Below are positions 41,751 through 52,914 of a stretch of 64,000 nt of DNA, one piece after another. Origin of the DNA: the human T2T-CHM13v2.0 reference genome, Homo sapiens; the NCBI RefSeq assembly GCF_009914755.1, contig NC_060936.1; one strand, 5' to 3'. A program made the position numbers and the translations under genes. A model generated the notes under the pieces. That model did no database searches, was not told the DNA's origin, and was given only the letters and a program-made list of their open reading frames with translations. Positions within the stretch are counted from its first letter, which is position 1; every line of letters begins with the position of its first letter.

Positions 41751-42144
41751 TATGTAGAGGCTATTTTTAGTAAGATCTTTTACATATTTTGTTTTTTAAA
41801 CAATTTTGATAAACAGTTTCTAAAATATATTACTTGGGTCACTGTTTAAAGACAATACACACACAACATCACACAATTTTGATAACTTGGAATAAATATT
41901 ATGAACACATATTTTTATAATATCATAAAACATTTATCCACCAGCTTTATACACAGATATTTTCTTACCCTTCAATAAATTTCATTTCCCCTGTGCTCAT
42001 AGTCACTATTCCTAATTCAACATTTTCTTTAGTCTACCATTTGTATGCATTAAGGTAAACTGAAAAACCAAAACTTAAGTCACTGTTGACCTCAAGGGCG
42101 GTGTATATGGTTTTGGTGCCATGTTTGTATAAAAAAATATTTTT

Positions 42145-42197
42145 GTGCCACTGCACTCCAGCCTGGGTGACAGAGTGAGGCCCTGTCTCTATTAAAA
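42145..42197 (+). mobile_element. Severely 5'-truncated Alu (~50 bp)
   Basis: gtgccactgcactccagcctgggtgacagagtgaggccctgtctc, flanked by aaaaaaatatttttg / aaaaataatttttg. Confidence 0.85.
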
Positions 42198-42343
42198 ATA
42201 ATTTTTGATCACTACAATTACTTGTTGGGACAAGAAATTTCAATCTTTGGATTTCCTTTGCAATTTTGTAATACTTGGGAAAAACCTAACAAAGAGTCTC
42301 AAATTTTTAAAAGAAAATAGGCTGTAAAAACATTTTAAAACAG

Positions 42344-42682
42344 CGTGTGTTGTTCCCCTCCCTATGTCTATGTATTCACATTGTTCAGCTCCAACTTATA
42401 AGTGAGAACCTGTGGCATTGGTTTTCTGATTCTGTGTTAGTTTGCTGAGGATAATGGCTTCCAGTTTCATCCATGTCCTTGCAAAGGACATTATCTCCTT
42501 CCTTTTTCTGGCTGCATAGTATTCCATGGTGTATATAGCTTATGCGAGCTGGGCTTCACACCTAGGTGATGGTTTTATAGATGAGGCAAATCACCATGGC
42601 ACATATTTACCTGTGTAACAAACCTGTACATCATATACATGCAACCTGGAACTCAAAATAAACAAACAAATAAATAAATGAG
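42344..42682 (+). mobile_element. Short L1PA 3' end with 5' inversion (twin priming)
   Basis: Antisense L1PA 42344-42535, then sense 3' UTR to an A-rich tail; 18 bp TSD aaaaacattttaaaacag / aaaaatatttaaaaacag. Confidence 0.9.
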
Positions 42683-42799
42683 AAAAATATTTAAAAACAG
42701 TTTGTACTTGAAGGGCTAGGATAGACGAAGTGCAGGTTTTCTTTCATTTTTCTACAGTAATTTTAGTTATTATACATCCCTGCTTTATTGTATTTTTGA

Positions 42800-43190
42800 G
42801 TAATCATTTTATTAATTTATCTGTTAGCTCTTTATCGTGAAGTCTCTATGTGCCAAGTCGTAAGCTAGGTGCTTTGTACAGAATGTGTAATTATGTAGTG
42901 AAATAAACAGATATTAATATTTCCACAGTTATGGCTAGTGTCATAGATGGGTGCATAAGAGTGTACAATGAGTGTGTTAACTTGACCTTAAGATTGAAAG
43001 AAAGCTTCCCTGAAAAAGCTGTATCTATGTATGACTTGAATAATCAGCAGGCATGAACCAAGGGAAAAATAAGGAAAATACACTCAGACTTTGAGGTAGA
43101 AAGTAACAGACACACATTCAAGAGATGAAAAGAGCTCCTTTATATCAATACGGCAAAAGAATAAAATAGCAAGGTACTGTGTGAAAATCA
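42800..43190 (-). mobile_element. L2 fragment
   Basis: ctatgtgccaagtcgtaagctaggtgct...gaaagcttccctgaaaaag...gacttgaataatcagcaggcatgaacc. Confidence 0.65.
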
Positions 43191-44438
43191 ATGCACATTT
43201 TGGAAGCATGTAAGAAGAAAATTGCCTCATACTTGAGTTTTACAGTGTTTAAAGCATTTACCCAGTCATATCTCATTTGAACCTACATATTCAATAGGTG
43301 GGCATACATTTATTGAGAACATACCATTTTACATTGTGTTAATCTGAGTAATATAACTCATGGAGAGTGTTCTCTTTGTTAGGTGAATGCAAATTAGGTT
43401 TCAACTTAAGCCATTTTAAACTCAATTACCAAGAATAGTTCAATTTCTGTTATTTCAAAGAAAAATACATCATAGTAGAAGCAAATATCCTCTAAGGATT
43501 TGTTTAGAGAGAATCCTCATTTAGTATCTTGAGATGTGCCAATTGTGGAAGCAACGGTGTGCAATGCATCTCCACTAAAGAATGCCTAAGACCACATTAA
43601 TAGCCTCAAGGTAATTTATTATGTATAGGATCGCATAAAGCTCTCATCAGCATGGAGTTACTACTCAACAAATAAAAGACAGTAAGTTTTCAGCCTATTA
43701 TTAAACTTAATTTGTGCTGATTTAAAATTTAATATTAATATTTTAAAAAATTGATTTTAAACTTTAGATAATTTAGATATTTCAAAACATTAATTTTAGT
43801 AGAAGAAAGTAATACATACAATTACATTGTTACTAAGCTTATCATTTACACAAAATTGTTTTAATAAGATATGAGGCAGCAGTATAATTTTCTTTAATTT
43901 CCAGAAATATATATCTTATTACCAAAGTTATTTTTTCTTAAATACTAGAAGTTCTTTAAAATAATTCTAAAGATCTTGCAAATGACTGAGATAAATAGAT
44001 TGATTTGAATCATAGATATCATCTTGTTATAGTAGTCTGATAGTCATTTTTTTTTCCCTATAATCTTTGCTTTCTTTAAAAACACAAACATTTATTATTG
44101 GCTTTCTTGCATACATTACAATATTTTTAAATTATGCATACTTAGAAATGTATTGAACATTAATCGTCTCATCAGGAAAACAGAACTAGAAACCTATGTT
44201 CAAAATAATTGAATAGATTTTTACTTAAAAATAGGTTTTACATTAAAAGTATAAAAAATAATGACTTTCATTTTTTATTGACCAAGTTATTTAAATTGTT
44301 TTGAATATTTGGACATGTAAATTCATTATACTTTTCTAATAAAATAAATATTTATTGCTTATTGGTGGAATTTATTTCTGTCAGAACATTTTAGTTAAAA
44401 ATAAAATACATAAGGAGTTGATTTTAGAAACTACTTTA

Positions 44439-44598
44439 GGCCGGGCCCAGTGGGTGCATATATTAATACTTGCTATATCGGCAGGGTGCAGTAATCCTAG
44501 CACTTTGAGAGGTCAAGGCAGACAGATCACTTGAGGTTAAGAATTCAAGACCAGCCTGGCCAACAATGATGAAACCATGTCTATATTAAAAATACAAT
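44439..44598 (+). mobile_element. Alu left arm with rearranged 5' end
   Basis: ggccgggc start; aatcctagcactttgagagg...gaccagcctggccaac...aaaaataca; right arm absent. Confidence 0.85.
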
Positions 44599-44607
44599 TG
44601 GAAAATA

Positions 44608-46756
44608 CAGTTGGAGTGGCTGTGGAAATTTCTTATAATAAAACAACATTAAAGTTTGCTGTGTTGGTTGACTCCTTTTTTCATGAAAATTTCTCTGTAG
44701 CATGTGATGCTGTTTGATAGCATTTTACCTATAGCAGAACTTCTTTCAAAATCTGAGTCAATTCACTAAAACTCTGCTGCTATTTTATCAACTAAGTTTA
44801 TTTAATATTTTAAATTCCTTGTTATAATTCCAATAACATTCACATGTTCTTCATCAGGAGTAGATTCCACTTTATGAAACCACATTCTTAGTTCAATTAC
44901 AAGATTCAAATCCTCATGTGTTAATGTTTTATCATGAGATTGTAACAATTCAGTCACATCTTCAGGCAGCCACACTAATTCTACTTCTCTTGGCATTTCA
45001 CTGTATCTGAATTTACTTCTCTACTGAAGTCTTGAACCCCTCAGAGTCATTCATGAAGGTTGGATTCTATTTTGCATTCCCAACAGCAATGAATGGTGCT
45101 TCAATCCTCCTTGAAGGTTGAAACCGACTTCCTTCAAACTTCTGTTGATGTTGATATTTTGACCTCCTACCATGAATCATGAAGTTTCTTAATGGCAAAT
45201 AGAATGGTGAATATTTTCCAGAAGGTTTTCAATTTACTTCACCCAGATCTATCAAAAGAATCACTATCTGTGGCAATTATAAGCTTACAAAATGTATTTC
45301 TTAATAAAATTTGAAAGTGAAAATTACTTCTCTATCCATGTGCTACAAAATGGACATTATGTTAGCAGGCATTAATACAATGTTTATCTTCTTGGACCCC
45401 TCCATTAGTGCTCTTGCATCACCAGGTACATTGTCAATGAGCAGTAATATTTTTAAATAAATCTTTCACTCTGAGCAGTAGGTCTCAATGATAGGCCTAC
45501 AATATTCAGGAAACCATACAATAATTGCATGTGCTGTCATTCAGGCTTTGTTGATCCATTTATAGAGCACAAGCAGAGTATATTTTGCATAATTTTTAAG
45601 GACCCTAGAATTTTAAAAATGGTTAATGAGCACTGGCTTCAATTTAAAGCCATCAGCTACATTAGCTTATAACAAGAAAGTCACCATGTCCTTTGAATCT
45701 TTGAAGCTGGGTATTGACTTCTCCTCTTACCTGTAAAAGTTCTAGATGGCATCTTCCTTCAATAGAAGGCTGCTTCAACTACACTGAAAATTTTTTGTTT
45801 AGTGTAGTCATCTTCATCAATTAATGTAGATCTGAATAACTTGCTATAGCATCCACATCAGCACTTGCTGCTTCACCTTGCACTTTTCTGTTACAGAAAC
45901 AGCTTCTTTCTTTCAACTTCATGAACCAACTTTAGCTAGCTTCCAACTTTTATTCTGCAGCTTCCTCACCTCTGTCAGCCTTCATAGAATTGAGGAGAGT
46001 TAGGGTATTGTTCTGGATTAGGCTTTGGCTTAAGGGAATATTGTAGCTGGTTTGATCCTTTATTCAGACCACTAAACCTTTCTCCATATCAGTAATAAAG
46101 CTGTTCCACTTTCCAGGATTCATGTGTTCACTGGAGTAGCACTTTTAATTTCCTTCGAGAACATTTTTGTTTTGTTTAATTTTGCATTCACAACTTGCCT
46201 AATTGGTGCAGGAGGCCTAGCTTTTGTCCTGTCTCAGCTTTCAACCTTCCTCCTTAGGCTTAATAATTTTATTTTTTTATTTAAGGTGAGAGATGTGTAA
46301 TTGTTTCTTTCACTGGAACACCTGGGATCCTAATTTCAATATTGTTGTGCTTAGGGACTACAGAAGCTGAGAAGGGGAAGGTAGGGAAATAGTTGGTCAG
46401 TTGTGCAGTCAGAACACACACAACATTAATCAATTAAGTTTGCTGTCTTCTACAGGCATGGTTTGTAGTGTCCCAAAACAATTACAATAGTAACACTAAG
46501 CACTATTTGTAACACTTATCACAGAACAACCTAACAGATATAATAATAATGAAAATGTTTGAAAGATTGTGAGAATTATAAAAATGTGACACAGAAACAT
46601 CAAGTGAACAGGCACAGTTGGAAAAATGGTGCCTATAGATTCGCTGGACACAGCGTTACCATAAACCTTCAATTTGTAAAAAACAAACAAACAAAAAAAC
46701 CCACATTATCTGTAAAGTATAATAAAGTGAAACATAGTAAAATGGGGGTTTACTTG
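44608..46756 (-). mobile_element. Tigger1 DNA transposon, one end deleted
   Basis: ORF 44802-44996 PEDVTELLQSHDKTLT matches Tigger1 transposase; degenerate TIR followed by TA at 46757. Confidence 0.93.
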
Positions 46757-46769
46757 TATTTTAGATTAA

Positions 46770-49700
46770 GATTTTTTATTTCTTCCATTAGCCTTTTATT
46801 AGTTTTTCATATAGATATACTGTACATATTTTCATACATGTACACCTGCTTAACTTTTTGAGGCTATTATTCTTTTAATTTTCAAATTTCTATTGCTCAT
46901 TGCTGGTATATAGCAAAACAACTGACTCTGTATATTAATCTTGTGTCCTGCAAGCTTGATATACATTTACTCTTGGTCATTACCAAAAGTTACTCCTGTA
47001 AATGTATATGAAGCTTGCAGGACACCAGCTTAATATACATTTACACCAATAAATCTTGGTAGTTTTCAGGTACCACCAAGAGTTCTTTCGTTGATTCTCG
47101 GGGATTTTCAAAATAGACAATCATATAATCTAAAACTAATTTATTTTTCTTCCAATTATGTATTTCTTTTCTTTTTTTTTTTTTTTTTTTTGCCCTAAGA
47201 CTCCCAGTAAGGAGTTGAATAGAAATGATGAGAGAAAACATTCTTGCTTGCTTTATTTCTGGTCTTAGGAGCAAAGTATTCATTCTCTCACTAGTTAAAC
47301 CTAATATTACTTGTAGATTTTTGTAGGTGTTTTTTATGAAGTAGGAAATCGCCCCTATTTCTAGTTGACTGGCAGTTTTTGTCATGAAGGGGTATAAAAT
47401 GTTTTTTGCTAGATGCACTTTATGTATCAATTTATGTTACAATATGGTTTTTACTCTTTATTCTACTTATGTGACAGATTACATTGATTGGTTTTTGAAT
47501 TTTTATCCAGTTTTGCATACCTGAAAAAATCCCCACTTGTTCATGGTATATCTACATATATTTATATCTATCTATGATATATGTATGTATATATACATAT
47601 ACACACATACATTATTGGGCTTGATATACTATTATTTCTTAAGGATTTTTGCCTAAATAATTGTGAAAGATAGAATCTGTATTTCATTTATTTATTTATT
47701 TATTTGTATTAGAGCAATGCTGACCTCCCAGACTGAGTTAAAAAGTGTTTTCTGTACTATTATTTTCTTAAAAAAATTGTGGAGAAGTGAAATTTTTTTC
47801 TTTAATATTTGGTATATCTTACTATTGAAATATCTGAGCTGGTTATTTCTCTCTTTTTTTGGAAGCTTATTGACTACTAAATCTATTACTTGAATATAGG
47901 CTGATCCGTATTATCTATTTCTCCTTGTGTGAAATTTGATAGTTTGCACCTTTCAAGAAATTGGTCTATTTAGTTGGATTTTTCAAGTTTGTGAGCATAT
48001 AATTGTTCATGGTATTCCTTTATAATCTTTTTAATGACTGTGGTATCAGTAGTAGATACCTGTCTTATATTTCAGATGTTGGTTGTTTGTGTCTTCTATT
48101 TCCTTGGTTTTCCTGCCCAGAGGGTTATCATTCTTTTTTGGTTTCTTAAATAAAATTGCTTTTGATTTCATTGATTATTTTTCTGTTGTTTTTCTATTTA
48201 TAGCTTCATTGATTTCTGCTCTATTTTCATTTTTTATTCTTTCTTTTGGCTTAAAATATTCTTTCTCTAGTTTCCTAAAGGGTAAACATAGATAATTGAT
48301 TTTAGATTCTTTTTTCTAACATAAGCAATTAATAGTCTAAATTTCCCTGTAAGCATTCCTTTTACTGACTTTTACATGTTTTGATAATTTATTCTTATTT
48401 TTACTTAGAAGAAAGTATTTTAAAGTTTTTCCTTAAGACTTCTTTGGTTCATGTACTATTTAAAAGTGTTTAGTCTCCAAATATAATGATTATCTAACGT
48501 TTTAAAAAATTTAGTTTAATTCCATTGTGGTCTGAGAACATTCTTCATATTATTTATGTTCTTTTACATTTGATAACTTGTATTTTATGGCTTAGAATGG
48601 GTCTATCTTGGTGAATGTTTCATGTGAGCTTGCGAAGAATGTACTTTCTGCTGTTGCTGGATGGAGTCATCTATAAATGTCAATTAGGTCAATTTGATTG
48701 ATAGAGTTAGTTAAGTCAATATATTCTTACTGATATTCTTCTTGCTGGATCTGTCAATTGCTAGTAGAGGTGTGTTGAAGTCTCCAACTATATGAGGAGA
48801 TTTGTATCTCTCTTTGCAGTTCCATCAATTTATAAGCACATATTTTGAATTTCTGTTGGTAGGTGCAGACAGCAGACGTGTTTAGGATTTTTATGTTTGT
48901 TGTTGAATAGAGGCTTTTATCATTACAAAATGCTCCATTTAGGCATAATATTCCCAGTTTAAAGTTTGAATTGTTTAAAATTAATATAGCTAATTTAACT
49001 TTCTTTTGATTGATGTATTAATATTATAATAGTATAGCTTTTCAAGTCCTTTACTTTTAACACATGTGAGTCTTGATATATGAAGCAGGTGTTCTATAGA
49101 CAAGATAAAATTACGGATTTTTTCAATCCACTTTGAAAAGGTCTATCTTTTAACTGTATTTAAACCACTATTATTTAAAGTGATTATTGTTATATGTGGA
49201 TTGACACCATATTTGTAGTGGCTTTTTGTTCTGGGTGTTTGCTTTTCTTTGTCTTCATTTTTTCAATCTTTTTCTGCTTTCTATGGTTTAAATTGAGCAC
49301 TTTATATAATTCCATTTTATCCTCTCTCTTTGCATATCACTTATACCTCTTTTTAAAAGTACTTGGTGTCCTGATGTTTGTATTGTACATTTTTAAAATA
49401 ATCTATGCCCATTTTCAAAAAATACTGTAGATCTTCACGGGTAGTGCAGGTGCCTTATGACAGAGTCTAATTCTGCTGAATTTCTTGCTTTCATCCTTTA
49501 TAACATTGCTTTTATTTATTTTGCTTATACATATGCTATAAGATGACAGAATACATTGTAACTATTATTATTTTTAACAATCACCTTTTGGAGCAATTAA
49601 GAATAGTATAAATGAAATATTTTATGTTACTTTGACTTATTCTTTCTCTAATAGTCTTCTGTTCTTTATCTAGATTCCACTCTCTTACCTATATCACTTT

Positions 49701-49900
49701 CCTTCTCTCTGAAGAACTTCTTTTAACATTCCTTGCATGGTCTGCTTATGCTGAGTTCCCCCAATTTTTGTTTGTTTGAGAAAGCTTTATTTCTACTTCA
49801 TTTTTTGAAGGAAAATGGTGCTGAATATAGACTTGTTGGCTGGTGGTTACTCTCTTCCAAAAGGTTAACTGTTTCTCTCCATTTTCTTTTTTCTTCTGAA
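46770..49900 (-). mobile_element. Old L1 (L1MC/L1MD-like) ORF2 region
   Basis: Antisense ORF2; ORF 47041-47430 contains DYMIVYFENPRESTKELL. Confidence 0.88.
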
Positions 49901-50921
49901 GACTAGAAGATTATCAATTTTTTTTAATTTTTGGATTTAAACTTAGATTTGGTAATGCATTATCCATGATAACCACAATAGGTTTTGTTGAAATTGTGTT
50001 CTTCTAAAAATATATTCAGCTTTCTAGTCTCTGCCTTCCCAGAAGAGCTAAATTTATTCATGTATTCATCAAATATTTATTAATCAAGTGTAATGTGGCA
50101 GGGACTGTTTTCTTCTGTGTGTTAAACATCAATAACAACATCAAAATTTCTTACCAGCATAAAGCTTATCCTTCAATAAGCATTAATGTACATTGACTTA
50201 TTTCTTCTATAAGGAATTTCTCTTTCTATAATAGTATACATTACATCTTAGAGATTTAATAATAGACAATATCTCATATATATTTTTTCCTATAAGGCTG
50301 AAGCAGATAGGTTTTTTTTTCCTCATCATCTATGTTTCTATGTTTTACTTTCTCTTTAATTGATATGCAATAACTGCATGTATTTATGGAAGACAAACTT
50401 ATGTTTTATACATGTAAACTTTGGTAATGATCAAATCAGGGTAATTAGCAAATCCATCACCTCAAACATTTATCATTTCTTTGTTATGAAAACATTCTAA
50501 ATTTTATCTTCTAGCTATTTTGAAATATACATTATTTTTAACTATAGTCACCCTACTGTGCAATAGAACACCAGCATTTATTCTTGCTAACTGTAACTTT
50601 GTATTCATTGATCACCCTTTCCTCATTTCCCTTCCCTTCTCCTCTCCCAAGCCTCTGATAACTACTTTTCTGCTTTCTACCTTTATGAGATTTATGAGAT
50701 CAACTTTTTTAGATTCCACATTTGAGTGAGATCATGTGGTATTTGTCTTTCTTTGTCTGGCTTATTTTATTTAATATAATGTGTTCCAGGTTCATTGATA
50801 CTGTTGTAAATGATAGGATTTCTTTCTTTGTTATGGCTAAATAGTATTCCACTATGTATATAGATCACATTTTTTAATCCATCCTTCTACTAATAAACAC
50901 ATTGATTTCATGTCTGAGCTA

Positions 50922-51005
50922 TTGTGAATAATGCTGCAACAAACACAGGAGTGTAGATATCTCTTGTGAATAATGCTGCAACAAATACAGGACTGCAGAT
51001 ATCTC
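50922..51005. repeat. 42 bp tandem duplication within L1
   Basis: ttgtgaataatgctgcaacaaa...gatatctc twice. Confidence 0.92.
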
Positions 51006-51082
51006 TTGAATATACGAATTTCCTTTCCTTTACATATGTACCCAGTAGTGGGATTGGGATTGTTAGATAACATAATAGTTCT

Positions 51083-51369
51083 TTTTTTTTTTAGGACAGA
51101 GTCTCACTCTGTCACACAGGCTGCAGTGGCATGATCTCAGCTCACTGCAACCTCTGTCTCCTAGGTTCAAGTGAGTCTCCTGCCTCAACCTCCCATGGAG
51201 TTGGGATTACAGGTGTGTGCCACCATGCCTGGCTAATTTTTGTATTTTTAGTAAAGATGGGGTTTCGCCATGTTGACCAGGCTGGTCTTGAACTCCTGAC
51301 CTCAAGTGATCAACTCACCTTGGCCTCCTAAAATACTAGGATTACAGGCATTAGCCACCATGCCTGGCC
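51083..51369 (-). mobile_element. AluS (Sx/Sz-like)
   Basis: Dimer; TSD acataatagttct / acatagtagttct. Confidence 0.94.
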
Positions 51370-52554
51370 CACATAGTAGTTCTATTTTTAATTTTTTTGA
51401 GGAACTTCCATACTATTTTTCCTAATGGCTATACTTATTTACATTCTTATCAACACTGTGTAAGAGTTCTCTTTCCACCACATTCTCACTAACACTTGTT
51501 TCCTTTTGTCTTTTTGATAATAGCCATTCTAACTAGAGTGAAGTGATAGCTTATTGTGGTTTTCATTTGCATTTCCCTGATGATTAGTGATGTTGAACAT
51601 TTTTTCATATACCTGTTGCCCATTTGAATGTCTTCTTTTGAGAAATATGTATAAGATATGTTGTTGAATTTTAAATTGGATTATTTGCCTGCTATTGAGT
51701 TATTTTAGTTCCTTACATATTCTGGATATTAACCTGTTGTTAGATGTATAGTTTGCAAGTATTTTCTCTTGTTTTGTAGGTTCCTTCTTCACTCTGTTGA
51801 TTTTTTTTTCTTTGCTGTGCAGAAGTTTTTTGGTTTGATGTAATTCCATTTGTCTTTTTGTTTTGTTTTGTTGTTTATTTGTTTTGTTCTTTGGGTTTTC
51901 TTATCAATTACATTCTTACCCAGACCACTGTCTTGAAAGTTTTCTCCTGTTTTCTTCTAGTGATACATAGTTTTGGGTCTTATAGTTAAGTCTTTAATCT
52001 ATTTTGAGTTGATTTTTGCATATGATGAAAGACTGTGGTCTAGAATCATTTTTCTCCACGTGGATATCCAATTTCCCCAGGATCATTCATTGAAAAGACC
52101 ATACTTTCCCCATATGTGTTCTTGGTGTCTTTGTTAAAAATCAGTTGGCTGCAAATATGTGGATTTATTGCTGTATTCTCGGATTTATTATATTGATATA
52201 TGTGTCTGCTTTTCTGCCAGTGCCATGCTGTTTTGATTACTATAGCTTTGTAGATTTGATAGGTTCAAAACATCAGTGCCATTATTTACAGAAATAGAAA
52301 AAAAATCCTAACTTTTATATGAAACCACACAAGATCCCAAACAGGCAAAGCAATGCTAAGCAAAAGGAACAAAGCATTACACTAGCTGACTTCAAAATAT
52401 ACTACAAAGCTATAGTAATCTGCAGATGGCTTTGGTTAGAATGGACATTTTAACAATATTATCTCTTCCAATCCATGAATATGGGATTGCTTTTCATTAA
52501 TTTGTGTCCTCTTCAATTTATTTCATTTATGTTTTATAGTTTTCAGTGTTCACG

Positions 52555-52914
52555 TGATAGGTTTGGATGTGTCCCCACCCAAATCTCACCTTGAATTGTA
52601 GCTCCCATAATTCCCACATATTGTAGGGGGAACCTGGTGGGAGATAATCGAATCTTGGGGGAAGTTTCGCCAATACTGTTCGCATGGTAGTAAATAAGTG
52701 TCTTGAGATATGATGGTTTTATAAGGGGAAACCCCTTTCATTTGGTCCTCATTCTTTCTCTTGTCTGCTGCCATGTGACATGACTTTCACCTTCCACCAT
52801 GATTGTAAGGCCTCCCCAGCCACATGGAACTGTGAGCCCATTAAACCTCTTTTCCTTATAAATTACCCAGTCTCGGGTATCTCTTTATCAGCAGCATGAG
52901 AACAGACTAATACA
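52555..52914 (+). mobile_element. THE1 (THE1B/C-like) solo LTR
   Basis: tgataggtttggatgtgtccccacccaaatctc...cagactaataca. Confidence 0.93.

Noticed and set aside
44802-44996. Transposase-like ORF as a possible domesticated TIGD gene
   Set aside because: Only 64 aa within a Tigger1 copy that has stops, an insertion and a terminal deletion
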